Below, piece after piece: positions 45,799 to 54,771 of a stretch of 57,614 nucleotides of DNA; the stretch's first letter is position 1; every line of letters begins with the position of its first letter. Where the stretch lies: positions 1 to 57,614 of the IMG/VR virus record IMGVR_UViG_3300042934_000106. One strand, 5' to 3'. Below the pieces are notes generated by a model that made no database searches, was not told the DNA's origin, and saw nothing but the letters and a program-made list of their open reading frames with translations. Both the position numbers and the translations under genes were made by a program. This DNA comes from a virus (taxonomy: Duplodnaviria > Caudoviricetes).

Positions 45799-47385
45799 TT
45801 GACACAAGTACGTACTCCAGCGCTACTCTCCCTCTACCAGAACGAGGGGGTTGAGTTGCTGTCACCCGACTTGCCACTAGCAGGGTACTGCCGGATCTCG
45901 GATGCAGACCTAGCAGACATCAGAAGAGCCTTGCGACAGGGAGACATCACAGAAGAGGAAGCCGCGGAGCTTGAGAGGAAAGGTGTCCTCAAGCAGAGGG
46001 ACGACGTAAGGACCCTGGCAGAGCGTCATGGTCGAGAGGTCATCTACTACGAGGACAACAACCTCAGCGCCTTCAAGCGCAACGTCCAGAGGCCACGGTT
46101 CCTTCAGATGGTCAAGGACTTGAAGGCCGGCCGACTGGCCGGGATGGTCGTCTACGACATTGACCGAGGCTTCAGACAGCCTCGGGACCTTGAGAAGGTC
46201 ATTGACATCTACCAGGACTTTGCCGAACGCAAGGACGTCCGGATGATCTTTGACACGATGTCAGGCCAGAACTACGACCTCTCCACTGGGGATGGTCGGT
46301 TCTCGGCCCGTCTGTTCGTCAGCATCGCCAACAAGTCCTCCGAGGACACCTCCAGACGGATCAAGAGGGACAACCTCTCCAAGGCCAAGAAGGGTGTCTT
46401 CCACGGAGGAGGCCCTGCCTTCGGTTGGCGCGAAGACGACAGGACCAAGCTAGACCCCAAGGCCGCCGAGCTGGTGAGGAACGTCGTCCTGGGCCACCTC
46501 AAGGGTGACAAGATCGCCACTTGCATGGAATACCTCAATGACAATGGTGCTCTCAACCCCAGCACAGGGAAGCCCTTCACCTGGGCTGGCACCAAGACCC
46601 TCATCTTCAGGGCACGCAACTTTGGGATCAGGATCTACCAAGGTGAGCCACAACTCAACGAGGACGGAGGCTACGTCCTCGGAGACTGGGAGCCCATCTT
46701 CACCAAGGACGACGGCACCCCCGACTTCGATCTCTGGGAGCGCCTGGAGGCGCTGAAGAAGGGCAAGAGCCCTGAGGGGGTACAGGACAAGTCTCAGGTC
46801 AAGTACCTGCTCTCCAGGATTGTCCGATGTGGTCGTTGTGGCTACCCGATGGTTGGTAAGACCGTATGGGTCCGCGGGAAGAAGTCTGAGTCCTTCGCCT
46901 ACAACTGCAACAAGAGCAACCCTGATGCCTGTGGTCGGATGGGAGCTACCGGCCCGAGGGTTGACGAGCTGGTAAAGCAGCTCGTCTGGGCTCAAGTCCT
47001 CCGAGCCAGCAAGAACCGTGCTGTCCCAGAGCCTCAGGACTCCTGGAACAAGGAGTCAGAGCTGAAGGACGTTGAGGATCAGATCACAGAGCTTAAGGCT
47101 CTGTGGGTAGCCAAGAGGGTCAAGGCTGCAACCTACGTCACCACTCTTGATGATCTGGAAGAGCAGAGGTCTGAGCTGAAGGCGGAACGAGCCTTCCATA
47201 CGGCTACGCCGGCAGTTCGCGTCATCACTCCCGAGCTGATGAAGAACGGCTGGGAGGGTCTCTCTGTCGAGAGGCAGCGGATCATCATCAGGTCTGTTCT
47301 CAAGGCAGTCATCATCCACCCTGCCAGGGACGGCAAGAAGGGCGGGCCGTTCGACCCTGCCCGGGTCGAACCAGTCTTTGCCTAG
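45799..47385 (+). CDS. int: Large serine integrase (start may be TTG 45855)
   Basis: YCRIS catalytic motif, RPRF, DRGFR, CGRCG...C...C Zn ribbon, coiled coil. Confidence 0.95.
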   Translation: MTQVRTPALLSLYQNEGVELLSPDLPLAGYCRISDADLADIRRALRQGDITEEEAAELERKGVLKQRDDVRTLAERHGREVIYYEDNNLSAFKRNVQRPRFLQMVKDLKAGRLAGMVVYDIDRGFRQPRDLEKVIDIYQDFAERKDVRMIFDTMSGQNYDLSTGDGRFSARLFVSIANKSSEDTSRRIKRDNLSKAKKGVFHGGGPAFGWREDDRTKLDPKAAELVRNVVLGHLKGDKIATCMEYLNDNGALNPSTGKPFTWAGTKTLIFRARNFGIRIYQGEPQLNEDGGYVLGDWEPIFTKDDGTPDFDLWERLEALKKGKSPEGVQDKSQVKYLLSRIVRCGRCGYPMVGKTVWVRGKKSESFAYNCNKSNPDACGRMGATGPRVDELVKQLVWAQVLRASKNRAVPEPQDSWNKESELKDVEDQITELKALWVAKRVKAATYVTTLDDLEEQRSELKAERAFHTATPAVRVITPELMKNGWEGLSVERQRIIIRSVLKAVIIHPARDGKKGGPFDPARVEPVFA

Positions 47386-47395
47386 ACAGCAAACA

Positions 47396-47425
47396 GCCCC
47401 ACCTCCCCGAAGGGAGGTGGGGCCT
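47396..47425. terminator. Terminator between integrase and convergent arm
   Basis: GCCCCACCTCCC/GGGAGGTGGGGC. Confidence 0.75.
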
Positions 47426-47434
47426 ACTCATGCC

Positions 47435-47533
47435 TTACTTCAGCTTCATCAACTCAAGGATCTCATCCGTGGTCTCCTCATCAAGGTCAGGAGCCTCGGA
47501 GAGCCACTTCTCAAGCCACTCCTCTTGGCTCAC
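47435..47533 (-). CDS. 32-aa mini-protein, paralog of 45630-45737
   Basis: MSQEEWLEKWLSEAPDLDEETTDEILELM; GAGGT RBS. Confidence 0.55.
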   Translation of the reverse strand: MSQEEWLEKWLSEAPDLDEETTDEILELMKLK

Positions 47534-47685
47534 TCAGTCACCTCACTCAGAGGGCCCCAAACCTTCTCCAGAACCTCTCTACTCGACAAATACGAATAGG
47601 AGTAGGGGTCTGGCTCAGAGACACACTCCCACCCTCCGTCTTCGTCTTCCTCCCAGATATCCCCATCACAGTCTCGAACCTTCAT
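47530..47685 (-). CDS. Small DxDGDxW-motif protein
   Basis: RDCDGDIW...WGPL. Confidence 0.6.
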   Translation of the reverse strand: MKVRDCDGDIWEEDEDGGWECVSEPDPYSYSYLSSREVLEKVWGPLSEVTE

Positions 47686-47927
47686 CACACGACCTCCCAG
47701 GAGGGGTTACTGACCTCAATACGGGTGTCCAGGGTGTAGGAACCCTGCCAACTCCAACCACGGTTCTGCTGGTAAGCCAGGATGCGCCTCTCTTTGTTGA
47801 CAACCGAGGTTGCAGGAGCCTTGGCAGTGAAGGGGCCGTGGAAGGTCGTTACCGACCTCCCGTTCTCGTAGGTCTTCCCAATCACCGCACGATAGAGCTT
47901 CTCTGACTCCGCCATGTAGCGCGCCAT
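47685..47927 (-). CDS. Hypothetical protein
   Basis: Operonic ORF. Confidence 0.65.
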   Translation of the reverse strand: MARYMAESEKLYRAVIGKTYENGRSVTTFHGPFTAKAPATSVVNKERRILAYQQNRGWSWQGSYTLDTRIEVSNPSWEVV

Positions 47928-48112
47928 CAGACCTCCTCCCAGCCACTAGGACGTACCTCAACGATCGGACCAAATGACTCAGAGACCTCGTACCAGGGCT
48001 GAGGAATGCCTATCGCGGTGTCTCCCTCATCGTCTGGATCAACAATGCAATGAAGTCGATCATCCATACCGTCCTGCCAGATAGCACCATCAGAGTCTCG
48101 GTAGAACGCCAT
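47927..48112 (-). CDS. Small DxDGxxW-motif protein
   Basis: RDSDGAIW...FGPI. Confidence 0.65.
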   Translation of the reverse strand: MAFYRDSDGAIWQDGMDDRLHCIVDPDDEGDTAIGIPQPWYEVSESFGPIVEVRPSGWEEV

Positions 48113-48417
48113 CAGCCCTCCCCTGCCGTCTCCCAGCACCGAAGGAAGTAATCAACCTCATCCGGGTACCGATCAGGTCCCCCGTCTTCGGGGGACTCCA
48201 GCATCTTGTGAATGTCGTAGTCCAGTTCTGCGATGTACATACGGAGAGCCGATTCCAGCCGGCTTGGGTCAAGCTCCTGGTTAGAAAGGTGGATCTTGGC
48301 AAACAAAATCTGGTGTCGTAGTACTTCGTTCAGGTCTTCAAGGTCTGCCACCTTCCCAGCAAGGCCCTTGACATCCCACTCACAGTATTCCTGGTACCGC
48401 TCTTCCCAGTCAGTCAC
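48112..48417 (-). CDS. Hypothetical protein
   Basis: Operonic ORF. Confidence 0.65.
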   Translation of the reverse strand: MTDWEERYQEYCEWDVKGLAGKVADLEDLNEVLRHQILFAKIHLSNQELDPSRLESALRMYIAELDYDIHKMLESPEDGGPDRYPDEVDYFLRCWETAGEG

Positions 48418-48592
48418 GGTTACGCTCCTCCAAGCTCTCAAGAATCCGATCTGCAAACTCTTCCAAGGAATTGGATTCACGGTAGATGGCGTCCATGCGA
48501 CTAAGCTCGTCTTCAAGGTCTACAAGCCATTCAGCAAGCTCACGAGTACCGTGGTGGTAGTACTCCTCAATACGCTCGTCACGTGATCTCAT
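48410..48592 (-). CDS. Hypothetical protein
   Basis: Operonic ORF. Confidence 0.6.
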   Translation of the reverse strand: MRSRDERIEEYYHHGTRELAEWLVDLEDELSRMDAIYRESNSLEEFADRILESLEERNRD

Positions 48593-48845
48593 AGCCAAGC
48601 TCCTCCAGGATTGACAGAACAGCATCTCCAAAGGCGATGTATCCAGGTGATCCATCAGCCGCGGCAGCAATAGCCTTGATGGCCTTGTCTGACTCCTTGT
48701 ACTTCAGAGTCAGTCGAGCAGCAGCCAACTGGCGTTCCTTGGCCTTCCTGTTCTCTGTCAGAAGGGCTCTGCTAAGACGACGCTCTTCCTGGTATCGCTC
48801 GTACCAGTGATTTACTCGACGCTCTGCGTCTTCCAGGTAGTTCAC
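48579..48845 (-). CDS. Hypothetical protein
   Basis: GTGA overlap. Confidence 0.6.
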   Translation of the reverse strand: MNYLEDAERRVNHWYERYQEERRLSRALLTENRKAKERQLAAARLTLKYKESDKAIKAIAAAADGSPGYIAFGDAVLSILEELGYEIT

Positions 48846-49211
48846 TTGATCACCTTCACAGGGATGCCGGCCTTTTTGCACTCGTTGACGCAATTCCAGG
48901 TGCCTCGGGATTCCCCGAGAGGGAAGGCCAAGCAGAGGTCTGCGCCGGCCTGAGCCATCTCACGGTTTCGAATAGGCCCTGCGGCCTTACCGTGCTGCTC
49001 CCAATCCGCGGCATAAACAACCTCGTAAACCCCACCGTTAGGACCAAACTCCTTGGTGTAGTCACTGGCGAACCGATCAGCCCCAGTAGGGCAACCCCCA
49101 TGCACCACACGAAGTGCTCCGTAGGTGACCTCCGATAGGTTGTCCAGCTCCCTCCAAACATCGGTCTGGTACTCATAATCCCGGCTCCCCAGTCACAATG
49201 ACTGTGAACAT
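48842..49211 (-). pseudogene. DUF2493/YspA-like SLOG protein, frameshifted
   Basis: MFTVIVTG|SRDY...HGGCPTGAD...AAGPIRN...SRGT; one extra G in run at 49187-49190. Confidence 0.75.
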
Positions 49212-49378
49212 CAGCCGTCCCTCCAACGCTTGGTCTGACTCATGTAGTAGGTCTTGTAGGCATAGTTCATGGCGTCTACGCAGTACTTGAAGGTGCCAAA
49301 GGCCAGAGGTCGCGTCTCATAGGGCATGTAAAGCAGCCAGTGACCTTGTCCCTTCTTGATTCTCCATTTGGTGTACAT
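49211..49378 (-). CDS. Hypothetical protein (55 aa)
   Basis: TGATG overlaps both ends. Confidence 0.55.
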   Translation of the reverse strand: MYTKWRIKKGQGHWLLYMPYETRPLAFGTFKYCVDAMNYAYKTYYMSQTKRWRDG

Positions 49379-49788
49379 CAGGTAGCCCAGGTCCCTTCAT
49401 ATCCTTCAGAGTCAGCCCAGAAGACGCGGGCTACTCCCGCGGCTCGAATGAGCTTGGTGCAGTCCTTGCAGGGCTCTCGGGTCACAAAGAGCGTCGAGCC
49501 CTGGCAGTCTTCCCAAGACGCATAGAGGAGCGCATTGGCCTCGGCATGGACTTCAATACAGGACTCATACCCTGACCCTGACGGTTGGTCTGAAAGGCAT
49601 CGCTCGCATTCTCCAGCGCTGCAAGACGGGCCTCCCGGATACGATCCGTTGTACCCCGTGGACCGAATTCGAAGATCTCGTCCCACAAGAACCGCTCCAA
49701 CGCGGCATCGGAGACAATCACCTCTTGATGCCACGGCAGTAGCGATCCCCAGGAAATACGTCGTCCAGCCTGGTCGCTCATTAGTCAC
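49378..49788 (-). CDS. dCMP deaminase
   Basis: TGYNG, HAEANAL, PCKDC. Confidence 0.92.
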   Translation of the reverse strand: MTNERPGWTTYFLGIATAVASRGDCLRCRVGAVLVGRDLRIRSTGYNGSYPGGPSCSAGECERCLSDQPSGSGYESCIEVHAEANALLYASWEDCQGSTLFVTREPCKDCTKLIRAAGVARVFWADSEGYEGTWAT

Positions 49789-50012
49789 TCAGTCTCCTTG
49801 GAGTCAAACACGGTCTCTTCCTTGACCACACGGATTCGGTAACGACCGCCGTGTTTGGTGACAAGACGCTCACCAACACCGCGGGCCCTATCAGTCATTT
49901 CAATGCTCCCAAGACCCCACGCCTTGGTAAGACTTGCCTTCTCATGCCAGAAGGTCTCATTGCCCAGGTCTACGAACTGCTCAACAAGCCAGTACTCCAT
50001 GGAGTCGTTCAC
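49785..50012 (-). CDS. Hypothetical protein
   Basis: Operonic ORF. Confidence 0.65.
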   Translation of the reverse strand: MNDSMEYWLVEQFVDLGNETFWHEKASLTKAWGLGSIEMTDRARGVGERLVTKHGGRYRIRVVKEETVFDSKETE

Positions 50013-50266
50013 AGCCCCTCAACCTCTCCGTCGATGATGTATGTCGTCGTGGACTCAGGCTTCATCTCGTAGTTCCAGTAGTCCAAGGCAATCTGCTCCG
50101 CGGCCTTCCTGGAGAGGCCGGCGGACCGAGCCGTTCTCTTGAGACTGCCGACATGGATAGCAACCGTCCGAGCAATCTCAGCTCGGAGGTTAAGAGCCTC
50201 AACAAGCTGCTCTGTCTTCATGTCTCCAGTGATCTGCTCAAACTTGTGGTTGAAGTCCTGGTCCAT
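50009..50266 (-). CDS. Hypothetical protein
   Basis: Operonic ORF. Confidence 0.7.
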   Translation of the reverse strand: MDQDFNHKFEQITGDMKTEQLVEALNLRAEIARTVAIHVGSLKRTARSAGLSRKAAEQIALDYWNYEMKPESTTTYIIDGEVEGL

Positions 50267-50430
50267 CAGTTCTCCTCCAGGAGAATCAGTTCGCTGCCCA
50301 TGAAATGCTTCTCAATCCAAGACCTAGGCTTAGGCTGACCGTAGGGGTTGCCTTCCTCGTCTAGGAGTTGGAGGTTGTCTTCGTCCGGACCCTGCCAGAC
50401 ATCCCCGTCTGTATCCACGTAGCTCTTCAT
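50266..50430 (-). CDS. Small DxDGDxW-motif protein
   Basis: VDTDGDVW; TGATG overlaps. Confidence 0.6.
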   Translation of the reverse strand: MKSYVDTDGDVWQGPDEDNLQLLDEEGNPYGQPKPRSWIEKHFMGSELILLEEN

Positions 50431-52466
50431 CAGTGCTTAGACCCTTCCTTGTCGAGACAGGAACCCCAGCTCCTGTCTCCGATTTCGTAGTCAGCAGGGA
50501 TTTTCAACCCGTTGTAAACGAACTCCATGATTCGGGCTGCCTGGGCAGCCATCTGCTCTGCACGATCCTTGGGGAAGCTGAACACGATCTCGTCATGCAC
50601 TGGCAGGCGCATGTAGGGCGTGAAGCCTGCCTTGTCCAGCTCGATGATTGCTCTGGCAGTGATATCCCGACAGGTCGACTGAATCCGGTAGTTCATGCCG
50701 GCATAGGGACGGCTTTCATCCGTCAAGATCTTCCGACCAGTAACGGTCATGATGAAGCCGTTACGCTTGGCTTCCTCACTGCACTTGTTGGACAGCTTCT
50801 TGGTAGCCGGGAAGGTCTCCCAGAAAGCCTTTACGGCCGTTCTGGCATCGTCCTCAGCGATACCCCACTGAGTGGAGACAGCGTTCCAGCCACCACCGAA
50901 ACAAACGGTGTAGTTGGTGCCCTTTCCAGCCTTCCTCTTGGGGTGCCCAGCCTCCTTCCCCTTCTCGTCCTTCTGGGTGTCGTCCCACCCCATCGCACCA
51001 AAGGCACTGGCCGCGGTGATGTTGTGGATGTCCTTTCCTTCTCGATAGGTCTTGAGCATCCGTCGATCACCGCTGTCCGCGGCAAGGAACATCAGCTCCA
51101 TAGAGCTGTAGTCAATGGTTGCCGAAACGTGCCCAGGCTCCGCCAGGAAGGCGTTACGAACATAGCCAGTACCAGACGGCAGGGTCTGTGCCGCGATAGC
51201 CCCTGTCACGGTCATACGGGCACTTCTGGCCTGGCATGAGTTGATGGAGACGTGGACCCGTCCATCTTGGTCCACGTTCTTCAGGATGTTCTCGAACCAG
51301 GTAGAGCGCTTCTTCTCAGCCGACTTGGCCTTGAGAATCGCCTCAGTCAGAGGATGGTCAATGGACTTAAGCACTGACTCATCAGTCGAGAGCTGTCCTT
51401 CGGGATGTGCCTCAGTCGGCTTCGTCCTCTTAGCGTCCTTGCCGAACTTGTGGCCGATGGCCTCCAACGCAGCAATGATCTGGTCAGAGGAGCCAATGAG
51501 ATCAACGCCCCACTCAGCAGCTACAGCTCTCCACTTGGCCTCTTCCTCCTTCAGCTCCTCAATCCGCATCTTGACGTAAGGAACGTCAACCAGGTAGCCG
51601 GTCCGCTCCATCTGGTAGGTAACCCAGTGAAGCCGGTGTTCCCAGCCAATCAGTCCGGACTCAAGAGACTTCCGCGGGATCTTAGGAAACAGGATCTTGA
51701 CGAGTCGGTAGGCAAAGATCGGGTCCATGCCGGCGTAGAGGTTGTAGCCCTCATGCTGGAGAGGAACCTTGGCCCATACGTTGTCCTTGGTGACCTTGCC
51801 GTAGATGCCTTCCCTGAACTCCCTGATGTAGGAGTAGCCTTCGGCCTTCAGGTCTTCCTTGGTGAGCCCAGGACGATCCGCGAAGCGGAACTCATGAGTG
51901 ACCTTGTCCTTGTCCCGGGCCTTGAAGCCAACGACCTCCTTCTGAGCATTCATGCTCTTGGCGATCTCGTTCATGGAGCCCTTAATACGAGCACCAAGAC
52001 CCGGGTCCACGTAGTGCTTGACAAGCTCTTCGAGCTTGAGCCCAATCCCCCCTTCCTTGACCGCCCGCCCATCAACGAGATGGGCGAGGATCTTGGTGTC
52101 CCAGGTCTTCTGAACCAGAGGGAAGGGGTCAACACCAAAGCAGGACTCAATGACATGGAAGTCGAAGCCGCGGTTCTGAGCTGCAAGACGCTTGACCCTG
52201 CCCAGTGCCCACTTCATCGCTTCAACAAAAGAGCCTCCATACTCCACAGGGAGAATGAAGGCCGTGTCCCAGTTTCCGAACTGTGCTAGCCGGCAACCGT
52301 AGTTGTCTGGTGCATCCCACCAGTTGAAGCCTCCTGTGGTCTCAGTGTCGAACCCAAGGAAGTCCTGGTTGGCTTCTACGAAGCTCTTGAACGCCGGAAG
52401 ATCCTCCTCCCTCTCCACTATGTAAATCTTGACCGGTCCACGTACGTCAGCTTCGAGGATCTTCAC
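50430..52466 (-). CDS. polA: DNA polymerase I (family A) with 3'-5' exonuclease
   Basis: FDTET, DYSSMEL, KGTNY, NYRIQS, VHDE. Confidence 0.95.
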   Translation of the reverse strand: MKILEADVRGPVKIYIVEREEDLPAFKSFVEANQDFLGFDTETTGGFNWWDAPDNYGCRLAQFGNWDTAFILPVEYGGSFVEAMKWALGRVKRLAAQNRGFDFHVIESCFGVDPFPLVQKTWDTKILAHLVDGRAVKEGGIGLKLEELVKHYVDPGLGARIKGSMNEIAKSMNAQKEVVGFKARDKDKVTHEFRFADRPGLTKEDLKAEGYSYIREFREGIYGKVTKDNVWAKVPLQHEGYNLYAGMDPIFAYRLVKILFPKIPRKSLESGLIGWEHRLHWVTYQMERTGYLVDVPYVKMRIEELKEEEAKWRAVAAEWGVDLIGSSDQIIAALEAIGHKFGKDAKRTKPTEAHPEGQLSTDESVLKSIDHPLTEAILKAKSAEKKRSTWFENILKNVDQDGRVHVSINSCQARSARMTVTGAIAAQTLPSGTGYVRNAFLAEPGHVSATIDYSSMELMFLAADSGDRRMLKTYREGKDIHNITAASAFGAMGWDDTQKDEKGKEAGHPKRKAGKGTNYTVCFGGGWNAVSTQWGIAEDDARTAVKAFWETFPATKKLSNKCSEEAKRNGFIMTVTGRKILTDESRPYAGMNYRIQSTCRDITARAIIELDKAGFTPYMRLPVHDEIVFSFPKDRAEQMAAQAARIMEFVYNGLKIPADYEIGDRSWGSCLDKEGSKH

Positions 52467-52498
52467 GGCGCCCCCTATCTAGTTGTTGGGTCAGTCAT

Positions 52499-52675
52499 TC
52501 ACCAGTCCTGTCCATCTGCCTCGTCTGCCATCTTGATGAGCCGAAGGCCCAGAAGACGGGCCTCATCGGGGCTGAGGTCACTCGAACCCCACTTGTCTAC
52601 CTTCGGATCAATCAGTAGACGAACAAGACCCCCATGTGCATAGGGCTCGTGAACACCTTCTCCGTACTTGCTCAC
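52499..52675 (-). CDS. Hypothetical protein
   Basis: LSPDEARLLG..L; GTGA overlap. Confidence 0.55.
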   Translation of the reverse strand: MSKYGEGVHEPYAHGGLVRLLIDPKVDKWGSSDLSPDEARLLGLRLIKMADEADGQDW

Positions 52676-53037
52676 AGCGACTCCAAGAACTCGTCCAGCT
52701 TGTGACCAAGGATCATCTCTACGTTTGAGTCATCGATCTGGCTCAGGAACTCCCGGACCTTGTTCGCTTCAAAGATGAGAGTTACTGCCCCATCAGGAAC
52801 GTCAAGATGGACACGAAGTCCGTAACCCCAGTACTCCATCACCACATCACCAGCCCCATGTGATGAGCCAGGAGAGCTACTGAGCGTCTCTCGGAGGAGG
52901 TCTACAGACCAAAGCCAAGTGGAGTTATGGCCACGGAAGTCCACCTCCACAAACCAGGGCTCATCGGGGAGATGGGTCCATTCAGAAACGACAGGCTCTA
53001 CCCAAAGACCATCAGTGGCAGTACATTCAATGACCAT
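52672..53037 (-). CDS. SsgA-like (SALP) sporulation/cell-division protein
   Basis: DEPWFVEVDF...W.WSVDLL...GAGDV...L.VPDG...V.EFL matches SsgA family pattern. Confidence 0.7.
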   Translation of the reverse strand: MVIECTATDGLWVEPVVSEWTHLPDEPWFVEVDFRGHNSTWLWSVDLLRETLSSSPGSSHGAGDVVMEYWGYGLRVHLDVPDGAVTLIFEANKVREFLSQIDDSNVEMILGHKLDEFLESL

Positions 53038-53216
53038 CAGTCCTCCACCTTCTCCCAGCCGATTCCCTCGCCATCCGTGGGGAAGAACCAGTCATCCGCA
53101 GTGAAGTCCTCGTCAGACACCCAACCCGCTTCGAGAACATCACCCGCACTTACCGCGGCACACCAGTACGCAGTCTTAAGAATCCGGATCTTGTCGCCAA
53201 CCTTCAGGTCACTCAC
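53037..53216 (-). CDS. Small SH3/KOW-like hypothetical protein
   Basis: LKVGDKIRIL. Confidence 0.55.
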   Translation of the reverse strand: MSDLKVGDKIRILKTAYWCAAVSAGDVLEAGWVSDEDFTADDWFFPTDGEGIGWEKVED

Positions 53217-53398
53217 TTCGTCTCCTCACAGTTGATGCATTTCAGAACGAACTTGCCTGCAATCCAGACTGAGATGTAGCAGTGTCCTGGGCAGTTCAGT
53301 GGAACCACTTCCAAAGCCAGTCCCCTACAGCAAGACCAATGGCATAGAAGACTGCTGCTATGGCGATGTGAAGGGTGGCGAGTTCAAGGAGAGGCATC

Positions 53399-54097
53399 TC
53401 AGCTCCCGTAGGGCTCGTCAGGGATGTCCTGGAAGCTGTTGGGGGCCACCTCTCGCAGGTGGCTGAGGACCAGGCCGGCGAAGCGGCAGATCTCTACGTC
53501 AGCAGCCATGTGCCAGCGCTTACCGAGGACATCTCGCCAGGCACGGAGATTCCCGGTAACCACCATGTCCACAGGAGCGGCATTCGGGAGAACAGCCCTG
53601 GCAGCCTCACGGGCCTGCTTACGGCTCTTACCGAGGTCCTCCATGAGGAACTTCACCAAGCCCTCATAGAAGAGGGTCTGAAGCTCGTACTCTCGCTGAA
53701 TACTCTCAGCCGCGGGAGTATCCTCCAGAGTCGGCGGGATAACCGGCTCAGTCTTCGAGTAGTCCACATACCGCTGAGACACCACGGAGAAGGACAGGTG
53801 CCGATGACGAGTCAGCTCAGTCAGAAGAGCACGAGAGACACCGCGGACAAGGAATGTCACTGAGGAGTGCTCCAGGACACTGAAGTGTCCCTGGTCCAGG
53901 ATGTTCTTCAGGTAGTCCTCGTTCCGAGCCGTATTGGGGTTCGGACGGTTGAAGGACTTGTAGCACAGCCTTCCCGAAAATTCTGCAAGGGCATCGGCAT
54001 CAGAGTGGTAAACCCGGTCCGGGTAAGACTCGTACTCGTATGCCTCCCAGGGGGTCTGGTCTCCGTACTGAGTCGTGGCAATGACGTCAACCTGCAT
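53399..54097 (-). CDS. thyX: Flavin-dependent thymidylate synthase
   Basis: [36 protein letters not shown]. Confidence 0.95.
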   Translation of the reverse strand: MQVDVIATTQYGDQTPWEAYEYESYPDRVYHSDADALAEFSGRLCYKSFNRPNPNTARNEDYLKNILDQGHFSVLEHSSVTFLVRGVSRALLTELTRHRHLSFSVVSQRYVDYSKTEPVIPPTLEDTPAAESIQREYELQTLFYEGLVKFLMEDLGKSRKQAREAARAVLPNAAPVDMVVTGNLRAWRDVLGKRWHMAADVEICRFAGLVLSHLREVAPNSFQDIPDEPYGS

Positions 54098-54105
54098 TGT
54101 GCTCC

Positions 54106-54681
54106 TTAGTACCAGTGGTTGTTCTGCCAGAAGCTCCAGGCGCTACAAGCGCCTCCGTACCGGCCATCTACATAGCCCTTGACCCAAGTCAACTGAGTTC
54201 GGGCTGAAGTCCTCCAGTCCGCTCCCGCGGAAGCCATCTTCTGTGGAGGTAAGGCCTGTCCGAGTCCGTACGCACCTGAACTAGGGTTGGTCGCCGTGAC
54301 AGACCAACCGCTCTCCTTCTGGATAAGGGAGTTGATGCAGGAGAACTGGGAACCGAAGATCGACCGAGCAATGTCCCGAGCAGAACCAGAGGGTGCCACA
54401 GTCGCCTTGGACTTCTTGGGAGACTTCCGCTCGTTGGAGCGGGAAACCCCCTCAGGGATATCAGGACGAACAGTCTTGGTGACTTCCACCTTCTTGGTGA
54501 CAGTTGGACCAGGGATCTCAACCCTCATCGGCTTGTGCACGGTCTCAGTGACCGTGGGACCAGGAAGGTAGACCTTCTCTGTACCAGCCTCGGGAACCGA
54601 GTATGTGACTACACCTGCAATGAAGCCAGCCCCGAGGACTGCGCTAACAGAAACGAGGATCTTGCCTGTCTTGTCATTCAT
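54106..54681 (-). CDS. Membrane-anchored lytic transglycosylase (SLT/Rpf-like)
   Basis: N-terminal TM; [22 protein letters not shown]...RYG...WY. Confidence 0.85.
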   Translation of the reverse strand: MNDKTGKILVSVSAVLGAGFIAGVVTYSVPEAGTEKVYLPGPTVTETVHKPMRVEIPGPTVTKKVEVTKTVRPDIPEGVSRSNERKSPKKSKATVAPSGSARDIARSIFGSQFSCINSLIQKESGWSVTATNPSSGAYGLGQALPPQKMASAGADWRTSARTQLTWVKGYVDGRYGGACSAWSFWQNNHWY

Positions 54682-54771
54682 ACATCTCCGATGCCGAACC
54701 AAAGGGGGCCGGCCGGATTACCGGCCCCCAGAGCGACCATTGGTCGCATGTCAACCTTTGGGTAAAAAGAA

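Noticed and set aside
45740-45860. attP immediately upstream of the integrase
   Set aside because: No convincing inverted-repeat att structure could be identified by eye
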